DNA of 64,000 bases from Chrysomallon squamiferum (Eukaryota; Animalia; Mollusca), in NCBI GenBank assembly GCA_012295275.1, contig CM022672.1, positions 29,512,001 through 29,576,000 on the forward strand, given 5' to 3'. Below the pieces are notes generated by a model. It was not told the DNA's origin. It worked only from the letters and a program-made list of their open reading frames with translations, and did not search any database. Position 1 is the first letter of the stretch; the number at the start of each line of letters is the position of its first letter. Shown piece after piece: positions 25,101 through 35,060 of this stretch. A program made the position numbers and the translations under genes.

Positions 25101-26634
25101 AACCTCGATAACACGTTTTCCATGCATACACGGAAATGTCCGATCGAAATTTAAGATGGCGGCGTTCGATGGCGGTCAGTGTTAGCAAACTTTAAAACAT
25201 ACATTCCTGAATGATGCAATCAGTTGTACATGGATTATTAACGTAATTTTAAAAGATATATCAAATAAACAATACTTCGTATATAAAGACGTCCATTACT
25301 GAATAGAAATTGTTGAAACGGTCGAAATATTTTTGTTTTTTTGTACCCGTTTCGAACGACATTTTTTTTTTTTTTTTTTTTTCAATTACTATTACAATGT
25401 CGCCAGCAAAAATCAACATAAATACAAAAAGAATATATTTCCATTCTCAAGGCCATATTTACATGTAAAAATCAAATTAATTAAGTGTTATTTAAATGAT
25501 TGCCCTAATACATTCATTAAAGTGCTTCATACCAGATTTGGGGCATAATTTTTTTTTTTTGGTTGTTTTTTTTGTTTTTTTTTAGTTCCGTATAAAAACA
25601 TTTATTAAAAATTATTTTTTTAGTCTTTCGTTGAAACAAAAAGGATTCATCTTCTAAAACCTGTACTATTATGTATGCAAAAATGGATTCAGATGTTCCT
25701 GTGGCCTTCCGCATAAAGTGATCCACATGAGGCAGTTTTGGTAAATTCAATTTTGGCACGGATTTTACATCAGATATTCGTTCCGAATGCCGATCATCAC
25801 TGTTGCACAGTATGTATCTAGGTATCTTTACCATGACTGGTTAAGCTTCGGAACAACGTTGAATAACACAAATATTTTCGTTACTGTTGAATTCGCAACG
25901 TAAACTTAACATTCTACCATTATCATCTTTTTTTGTTTTAATAACCGAAAAATCCACTTCGCTAAATAAAATTACAACACCCTATTTATGCCCTATTTTA
26001 CATGAATTAACGATAATATTGCCTTTAAAGTCTTTAAATGTTTTTGTTTTTTTTAATATTATCATTGTCTAATTTTGCATTTTTGAATAAATTTACAATT
26101 AAATTGCCAGTTCGCCTAAGCGTTGTGAGAAACAATTTTTGCTACATTAAATATAAAAAATACACCGAATATTCAGAAATAACTAGTTTGAGTAAATAGA
26201 ATAAAAGGTCAAAGAAACTTAACAAACACAAAAATAGTCTACAAATAAATAAACACAAAAGTTAAAATAGAAAACGACACGGATTATAAAGGTTTAACGG
26301 TCGACAGTTGTCCAGGTATTGGCTTTTTTTGGAATAGTTTTTACTATTCATCACTGGTCTTTATATTGTTATTTCTCTATATTGGAGCAGTGCAAATAGC
26401 CTAGTCGAACTCATTTATTTATTGATTTATTTACTTTAGTCCTGTTATATTTATTTCTTCAAATATTGATTTGCATTACACAACAATCAGTATTCATATA
26501 AATTACAGAACAGTCATAATCTAAACAACTCACCAGTTATCTAGAAAAACAATAATAGATCATATTTCCAACCTAACTAAATGTGTCAATATAGCAATAT
26601 TACATATTCTGTATTAAATGGTAACATCATCTAA

Positions 26635-26665
<31 letters not shown>

Positions 26666-27931
26666 TGAAATAAAATAAAATAAACGCAGGTAACGCACAA
26701 CGAACTACAAATTTCTGTAACTGACTTTAATCAATAGTTTTGTCTACTGTTTTTAATAGTTTGAAACAGAAGATAACACAAAACAATTGTAAAATAGAGA
26801 AAGAAACACATCATTTCGTTTACTGCTCCTCTAATGCGAGCCGAAGCGTAGTGCAGTTGCCTACGATAATGGTAATTTGGCTGCTGAAAAGCCGATTGGC
26901 TAGTATTGTACAAAAATCGACGGTCACTGTAAAGAGTGTCGCTGGAATGAACTCGGTGGAATCCTTTACGGAAATTTTCTTCCGGAGCTATTCTCTTATG
27001 CTTACGTGAGCTTAACGTTTCTCTCGTGTATTTTTGTTTCCTCTTTCATTCGAATTCGAAAACTGTCTTCTACGGCCACAACTGTTGCAAATTACAGAAA
27101 ACAAAACAAAACAAATAAAATAAAATAAAATAAACTATTGATAACAGATTTGAAACGATTACCTGCAATAAACAGAATCCAAACCTAAGTAAAGTGTATC
27201 AGAATAGATTTCATCTATTCCGGTATATTGAAGTATGCAGCACACTACTATCATGAACATTTTATAATCCACTGAAAAGGTTATTGCTGGTGCAGAGGTG
27301 AGATTGAAACGATATCTAAAAATGGTTTCCACAAACTCATCCAGTATAGCATGCTTGAAATATCGCTAAACGATTCAGTCGCAGGAACGGTACTCGGTCG
27401 TTAAGTGTGAAGTGTCTCCAAAGTAGAAATAAACGAATGAAATAAAGCGGAAGCTAACTCCGTAATGTGTACAAAACGCACAGAAGATCAAATCCGTTAA
27501 AGCAACAATTTATTCAGTTTGATTTCGTTTTCAGGTTTTATGGTTGACAGTGTTTTCTCTGAGGCCCGTGATATACGTGTATTGTCGGTCATCCCAGAAA
27601 CGTTTGCTATCTAATTGCGGAAAGTCGATGAAAATTAAACTGTTGACATGAGATTTGACGTCACAGTTAAAGCTATCAATCTGGAAGTTGGGCGAGTTTA
27701 CACGAACAATACAAGGTAATCTACAGAGTTGATGGTAAAGGCAAAACGTAGGCTTTCTTTTCCATTTATCGTTGACGAAGTTATTTGGAGCGATTCTCTA
27801 AACTGAAGGCAGCTAAAATTTCATGTTGCAGCAGTATTGCATTGTTATTATCTAAGTGAATGAGAGAAAGACGTTTTGCAGTACGGGCATTTTGAGAGGC
27901 TTTTAAGAAACTGTTTTTTGTTTTGAATGTT

Positions 27932-28096
27932 CAGGGGTTAGCGCGAACGCAGACCCCCACACTAAAAAATTACGTACTCGAGTCGCTCGCATTTGGGGCG
28001 ATCGCACGGGTCAGCCCGACCGGAGTGCAATGGAAAGGCCTCGCCCTGGGAGGACCACCTTGCGGATGATGGTAACCTCCCGTACCAAGTAAGTAT
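27932..28096 (-). ncRNA. U1 spliceosomal snRNA, full-length variant
   Basis: rc: ATACTTACTTGGTACGGGAGGTTACCATCATCCGCAAGGTGGTCCTCCCAGGGCGAGGCCTTTCCATTGCACTCCGG...CAAAT...AATTTTTTAG...GGGGGTCTGCGTTCGCGCTAACCCCTG; 165 nt; stems I-IV, loop II ATTGCAC, Sm-like site and UUCG tetraloop present. Confidence 0.96.
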
Positions 28097-28143
28097 GCTT
28101 GAACTAGGATAGGATAGGAAAAAAATTAACGTGCTAATCAGAG

Positions 28144-28155
28144 CAAGCTGTTGTG
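28144..28155 (-). promoter_or_regulatory. Candidate PSE of the U1 gene
   Basis: CACAACAGCTTG starts 59 nt upstream of U1 nt 1 and matches the U2 motif CACACCAGTGTG at -60; CpG-rich upstream region to ~28360. Confidence 0.6.
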
Positions 28156-28926
28156 AAGCACGTCTGCGACGGGCACGCTTTCTGACAGGCCAGCGGGCGT
28201 GTCCGTCGCAGAAAAGAGTTTTGGGTAGGGAAAAGAATGGGTTCTCGCCACGATTGCAGGACACAAGGGAGTGTCCAGCATATCGGATCGTAACGAGTCG
28301 GTACGGATGTTTCGCAGCCGCAATTCGTCCCCCGTGATCTACGGCACACCGGGTCCGTGTTGTTTGCCGTCCTGGTTGTTCTGCTCTTGGCTGCTGTCGT
28401 TGTTTCTTTTTGGCTGCTGTTGTTGTTTCTTTTTTGGCTGCTTCCTTCTGGTCCACGTAGTTCAAACCTGTTTTTTTTATTTTGTTTTGTTTTTGCCAAT
28501 GGTCTTTTTATTGTTTTAAAAGATATTATTAAAAAAACCTGCAACTAAAACAAAGAAGAACATAAATGTAGTTAACTTATTTACATTTTATTTTAATTTA
28601 AAAGATGTTATAAATCCTGAAGCTAGGACTAAGAATATGAGAGAAAAAAAAAAAAAAAAAAAAATTCAATTAATTAAAAAAAAAAAAAAAAAAAAAAATT
28701 AAATTGAAATATGACACCATAACCGGGTTAGTAGTGTCTGAAAGTGGGTTCGTATAGTACGTTTATCATTTTTTAATTATTAATTTAATTGGCCATTCAA
28801 ATTGATCCGTCAATCAGCCGATCCATCCGTAGAACCATCAGCTGTTCAACCAATCAATCCGCAAGTCAATAGATTTATATAATTGTTGTTTGTTTTCGTG
28901 TCAAAAAAAAAAAAAAAAAAAAGGTT

Positions 28927-31900
28927 TTATAATTTGTGTTTTGTTTTGAGAATGTAATTTGTTACTGCAGCGAGGACTAACTCTCTGTCTTTCACGTTTG
29001 GTGCCAGGATGTGTTGGAGCGTGAACTCGATTTTTAGTTCCTCCAATGTATTGCGTAGTGCTTGTCTTTCCTTGGCAAAATTTGGACAGTGAAACAAGTA
29101 GTGTTTCGTGGTTTCTGAGAGTCCACAACTGCAGTTGGGTGATGTGGTGATAGAATTGCGTTTAGGTTGGTTGAGTAACCAATTCTGGCTTTGGTGAGAT
29201 TGTTGTTGTGTAGTTTGTTGGCGAGTATGATTTTGGGTGTTTTGGCGAGTGGTTTGATGTTTAAGTGCCATTTGTTTTTCGTGTTGTTCCATTCGTTTTG
29301 CCATTGTTTGTCGTAATGTTTGGCAGCGATGGAGACAATTTCGTTTATTCCGTAATGTATGTCTATGCAGATGTCTTCGTCTTTAATGCTGAGTGACTTT
29401 TTGGCGTAATGGTCGGCAAATTCGTTGCCGATGATGCCGACGTGTGCTGGGAGCCACTCGATGGTTAGTTCTTTCTTGTTGTGTTGTATTTCCTCGTGTA
29501 GTTGTTGTATTTTCCTGAGCAGGTCTGGTCTGCTGGAACTTCCGGATTGTATTGAGATCACGGAACTTAGACTGTCCGAGAAAATGACTGTGTGTTTGTT
29601 GTTGTTGTGTTTTACCCACAGCATGGCTCTGATGATGGCTACCAACTCGGCCGTGTATACCGAAAGGTGATTTCTGATACGGCCGAATTGTATGCATGTG
29701 GGTTTGTTTATGTGATCTTGGGCTATGTAGGCGAATCCTACTCTCCCGTTGTCTGGGTTTTTGGATCCGTCAGTGTAGATGTGCGTGTGTTGTTTGTAGT
29801 GGTCGTTTGCAGCTGCCAAAAAAAATGATTTTTTTGAACTGAACGATCTCTGTTTTGTCAGTTTCTCTTTTGATCAGGAAAGGTGTGTTTATTGTCGGTT
29901 TTCTTTCTTTGTGGTATGCCGGCAGTGGCATTTCACCTATTCCTGTTTCCCTTTCGATTATCCTAGCTGTTGTCGGGAAATTCGATAGTAGTAGACTATG
30001 CGATTTGAAGAGTTGTCCTATCCTTTGTTTGTCGGGGACCAGATCCTTGACCGGGTGGTCTGTGTTGAGTGTGTGTATTTTCAGGTTGTATTTTAGTAGC
30101 TGCAGTTTTCTTCTGTATTTTAATGGTTGGATGCTGTATTCCGACAGGAGGCTGTTGGATGGTGTTGTGTTTGGTAGGTGGCCGATCACCCTGAGGGCAC
30201 TTGATTGAATTATATCTAGTTTTTTTAAATAAAGTTTGGGAGCATTCGAGTAAGCCGTGGCTCCGTAGTCGAGCTTGGAGAGAATACGCGCTTTGTGTAT
30301 CAAAATCAGCGTTGACTCGTTTGCTCCCCAACTGGTTCCGGAAATTAACTTTAGAAGATTGATTGTTTTTTTGCAGGATGCAATTATGTTGTGTATGTGG
30401 CATCGGAAGTCGAGTTGACTGTCGAATGTCACACCTAGAAATTTGAATGTCTTTGTTTGTGTTATAACGTTGTTGTCGATGTTGAGTGTGATCTTGCTGT
30501 TGTCTGATTTCTTGTTGAAAAGGAGGCATGTCGTTTTCGAAAGAGAAATCTTTATGCCCCATTTCAACGCCCAATCGTTTATGTTGTTTACGTCTTTTTG
30601 TATTTGTTTCTGTATTGCTGCGGTCGATCTTCCTGCCCGCCAAAAGGCGCAGTCGTCTGCAAAGAGTGCTGTATTTATCGGTTCCTTTGGCGGATTTCTG
30701 GCGTTGTCTTGTTGGTCGAGTGCTGTGACGATGTCGTTGATGTAGATGTTGAAGAGTGTGGGCGAGATCACGGATCCTTGGGGGATGCCGTTTTCGATTG
30801 TCGTTTTCTCTGAGGTGTGACAGTTTACTTTGACTGCTATGGTTCTGTTGTTAATAAAGTCTTTGATAAAGTTGAACATGTTGCCTTTGATGTTGTTGAT
30901 TAATTTAACTAATCCATACCATGTCGAATGCTTTTTCAATGTCTAAAAAAACTGCTATGACTTTTTTTGATTTTCGAAAAGATTGATTAATTGATGTTTG
31001 CAGGCGTGTGATCTGGTCGTTTGTGCTGTTTCTTCCTGAAGCCGCTTTGAAATTTGCTGATTAAATTGTTGTCGTTTAAATGCTGGTTCAGGCGTGTGTT
31101 GATCATTGTTTCCAATGTTTTACACGTGTGACGTCAGCGTGATCGGCCTGTAGCTGTTGGGTAGTGAGTGATCTTTGTGTGGTTTGGGCAAGCTGAAACA
31201 TTCGGCGTGTTTCCAGTTTGTTGGAATCTTGCCGGTGGTCCATATTGCGTTGTAAAGTTCGAGTATAACCAGTAGTGTTTCGTCTGGTAGATGTTGTAAT
31301 ATTGTGTAGCTTATTTTATCTGGCCCCGTGGCTGTACTTTTCTTGTTTTTGAGTGCATGTTTTAATTCACTGATGTTGAATAGTTGATTGTATTTCCTGT
31401 TTTCTGTGTCTGCGGAGTGTTTGCCGATTGCTTGGTTGTCCAGTTGTTTCTTTGCGAACTTCAGTGGGAAGTTCGAATTGCTGCTGGACTTGGCGAAGGT
31501 TTGGCTGAGTAGGTCCGCTTTTTGCTTGTCAGTGAATGCGATGTTGTTTTTGCCGAGAGTGTTGATTCTGTGGTTTTTTTTTCCTTGAATGTTTTTTACT
31601 TTGGCCCACATGTCTTTGACTGATGTTTTGTGGTCGATGTTGTTGCAAAAAAGTTCCCAGTGTTCTTGTTTCGCTGTGAGTATTAGGTTGGAAACTTCTT
31701 TTTTTGATATTTTATATTTTTCGTGCGTAGAATGATTTCTGTCTTTTTTATATTGTCTTCTGCATTTGTTTTCTATACGTTCCGTCCACCAGGGAGTGGA
31801 TATTTTGCCGGTGCATTTTCTGGTTTTCGGTATGTATCTGATTGCAATGGAGTGTATCGTGTTGGTGAGTGATGCGCAGTAGGCGTCGATGTCGTACACA
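28927..31900 (-). mobile_element. I-group (Nimb/I-like) LINE ORF2: RT, RNase H and C-terminal CCHC, frameshifted
   Basis: PWW, ATGPDKI, YRPITLTS, GIPQGSVISPTLFNIYIND, LFADD, KFLGVTFD; RNase H IYTDGSK, SVYTAEL, IFSDS, WLPAHVGIIGNEFAD; CSCGLSETTKHYLFHCP; stop at 28927. Confidence 0.93.
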
Positions 31901-32119
31901 GAAAGGGTCATCTGACTCTTTTCTCCCTCTCCTTCCATTTCCTTCACCTCTGTTTTGTCCTTAGCATCTTTCTGTATTGTCTTCTTTTCTGTATCATTTA
32001 TTGTCCCTGCTTTCAGGTAGGGTTGAGGTGGCTTTGCAACGGCCGCCGCAAAGGTGAAAGCTGGCATCTGGATCCACTCATTTTTTTTATGCCCTTCCTC
32101 GCCACACTGAAAGCAGACC
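31901..32119 (-). mobile_element. Duplicated fragment of the Keno-like ORF1 3' part
   Basis: Near-identical to 13060-13278 and inverted relative to 33615-33815. Confidence 0.92.
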
Positions 32120-32238
32120 GACGATCGCAGCGCTCTCCGAATGGCAAGTTCTCGATGAGCTAAACAGCGACCACCACCCGATACTCACCAACTACAACAG
32201 CAAGAACACCTTCTCGGACAGATCCATCTTCACACCGA
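32118..32238 (+). mobile_element. Endonuclease C-terminal fragment of the I-type LINE, inverted relative to its body
   Basis: + strand reads PTIAALSEWQVLDELNSDHHPILTNYN (APE SDH motif), with the same A/C-rich sense composition as the LINE body. Confidence 0.8.
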
Positions 32239-32902
32239 ATGTTCTAGGAAATCTTCGAGGACGATTCCAGGGCTGCTTGAACTTGGGTGAAAACCTCTTT
32301 TATAGAAACGCCTTCGTTATTTCGCACGGGTATCACGTTTATGAAGAATCTCCTAGAATAAATTCCAAATGTTATCGGCTAGTGATTTGAAACAAGTGTT
32401 GGGTGACTCTCTTAAATTGCTATTTAATGGTCGTTAAAACGCGTTGCGTGTTTCTCTCAGCTGCACCTGGTAATCAACAAAATTAATAATCGGGCTCAAA
32501 CTTTTATGTTTGTCAGTGACTGACCAGAGGCTAACGAACGAGTTATAACACAATGGCCCATTATGTATTTCTTTCACTGTGACTTTTGCGAGACGTTAAA
32601 TAAAAACTGTCTTAATTTTGTCCTTATAGCTAATTTTTCGCTTGGGTTATAAATGAACAGCAAGGGCTCGAACGCATGCTGCACTGACTGAGAAGCTAAG
32701 CTTTTCTAAATATAGAAGTTATAGGTCCGAAGAATGCAACACGTGCACATTTATGTTAAGTTCACGCACAGTTCTGTTTAAATATTATTCAAATGACACA
32801 GTCCAAGGCACCAGAAACAAGTATTATTAAACCTTTAAATTTTGGCATAAATTCCTATCTTCATTATACAGTTACTTATCTTTCTAAATAATTTTATAAT
32901 GA

Positions 32903-32914
32903 CACACCAGTGTG
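32903..32914 (+). promoter_or_regulatory. Candidate snRNA PSE (second copy)
   Basis: CACACCAGTGTG at -60 from U2 nt 1 (32963). Confidence 0.6.
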
Positions 32915-32962
32915 AAATTGCTTTCTTAAATATTTATATGATCTGCTTAATAAGTGTATATT

Positions 32963-32981
32963 ATCGCTTCTCGGCCTTTTG
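32963..32981 (+). pseudogene. U2 snRNA 5' stub (nt 1-19), second copy
   Basis: ATCGCTTCTCGGCCTTTTG, a perfect match to the canonical U2 5' end. Confidence 0.85.
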
Positions 32982-33815
32982 TTTCAAATTTTCAAGAAAG
33001 TACGGAGTAAGCGTGCTAGGTGTTACACCAAATCTTCACAAGTCTGATTATAGTGAGTATATTTTGATAAGTTTTGTTTGGAATTGTTTTTCTTCTTTAC
33101 CGCTTATGTGAAGGTTCAATGGATGAGCTTTTCGCTCACACCCCGGTATTTATCCTGGCCCTGACTGGAGAGGAAGTGTGCGCTGCTCTCGCATCCGTCA
33201 CTGACCACATCGTTGCAGTGATTCCCAAGGGTAGGGATGTGTGGAGCGTCGTCGCTGACCACATCGTTGCAGTTATACCCAAGGGGAGGGATGTGTGGAG
33301 CATTGTCGCCGCTGACCAGAGCACCAAACCAGGTCGCCGTGCAAGGGATCTCCATTCGTGGCAGGCACTGTGAGGTGACCAAGCGCTTCCCAGGGGACAC
33401 CTGGGTGAGGGTGAGGGGTCTCCCCCTTACAGTCGAAAACTCGTTCATGTTGGACGTTCTTTCAGACTGTGTCGTCTCCGACATTTTCAGTGTGGCGGAA
33501 TACCGCCATAAAGACAGGGGAGAGGACACTGAAAACAAAACTGGAAAAACCGATACCGCGCCAACTGAACAGGCAGAACCTTAAGTTTACTGTTCACTAC
33601 CGTGAACAACCGGAGGTCTGCTTTCAGTGTGGCGAGGAAGGGCATAAAAAAAATGAGTGGATCCAGATGCCAGCTTTCACCTTTGCGGCGGCCGTTGCAA
33701 AGCCACCTCAACCCTGCCTGTATAACTGATACAGAAAAGAAGACAATACACAGAGATGCTAAGGACAAAACAGAGGTGAAGGAAATGGAAGGAGAGGGAG
33801 AAAAGAGTCAGATGA
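32982..33815 (+). mobile_element. Second copy of the Keno-like Tx1 5'UTR and ORF1
   Basis: 32649-33815 is an inverted paralog of 13060-14279, with the same ORF1 lesions. Confidence 0.9.
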
Positions 33816-34089
33816 GTATATCTGTGTACAAGACAACAATATATATATTCATTTTATAACATCGTTACTTAACTCGATAAATGTTTGTACAGCAGAACGA
33901 TATATCTTTGTACAACGTAACAATATATATCTATTTCACGGTATGATTTAGCATAATAACCCTTTGTACAATATAACAATGTATATTTATGTTCCAGTAT
34001 CGTTAGTTATCACGATAAGTCTTTGTACAACATAACAATATATATTTATGTTATATAGTATGACAATTAAACATGATAAAACTTTGTTG

Positions 34090-34130
<41 letters not shown>

Positions 34131-35060
34131 TTCCAGGTTCGTTACTTAACGTGATAAAACTTTGGAAAATATATGAATCTATATGTTTATGTTAGAGAAT
34201 CGTTATTTGACACGATAAGTCTTTGTACAATGTAGCAGTATATATTTATGTTCCAGTATCGTTATTTAACACGATAAAACTTTGTACAATATAACATTTT
34301 ATATTTGTGTTCCAGTCTGGTTATTTAGCGTGATAAACTTTTGTACAACATAACACTATATATTTATCTTCGAGTATAGTTACAGAACACGATAAGTCGT
34401 TCTACATCATAACAATATATATTTATGATCAGTATCGTTATTTACCTTTATGAACCTATGTTGAGCATAACAATGTTTTTATGTTACAGTATGATTATTT
34501 AATACGATGATTCTTCGTACAATATAACAAAACATATTTATATTCCAGTCTGTTTATTTAACGTGATGATCCTTTGTACAGAATAACAATATATAATTTT
34601 GTTACGGTATGGTGATTTAACAGGATAGTCTTTGTAGAAGGCAACACTATATATCTGCGATCCAGTATCGTTATTTAAGATGATGAACCTTTTTTTACAA
34701 TGTAACAATATACATATTTATGTTACGATATGATGATTTAAGATAAAAGTTTGCACAATATAACAATGTATATTTATGTTCCAGTGTCTTTATTTAACAC
34801 GATAAGTCTCGATGCAATATAAAACTATATATTTACGTTCCAGAATCGTTTTTTAACATCATAAACCTGTGTACAAGTTAACAAAATATATTTATGATCC
34901 AGAATTGTGAGCTAATACGATAAACTCTTCTATTGTTTTTGAAGACGATAAGTCTTTGTACAAGATAACAGTATATATTTACGTTCCACTATCGTTATTT
35001 AACACGATAAATCTTTATAGCAGACAGTAATCTATATTTATGTTACAGTATTGTTACTTA
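33816..35060. repeat. Divergent monomeric satellite, ~59-bp unit
   Basis: Consensus approx. cagtatcgttatttaacacgataaaactttgtacaatataacaatatatatttatgttc; neighbours differ widely; no higher-order period visible. Confidence 0.9.

Noticed and set aside
27962-28548. Overlapping GC-rich ORFs (167 aa, 136 aa and others)
   Set aside because: They overlie the U1 gene, its promoter and a short ttggctgctg..gttgtttcttt repeat; no protein motifs.
31120-32067. 315-aa ORF as a novel gag-RT fusion protein
   Set aside because: Chance in-frame junction at ~31900 between a dead Keno ORF1 fragment and the I-type LINE; it stops before the RT core.
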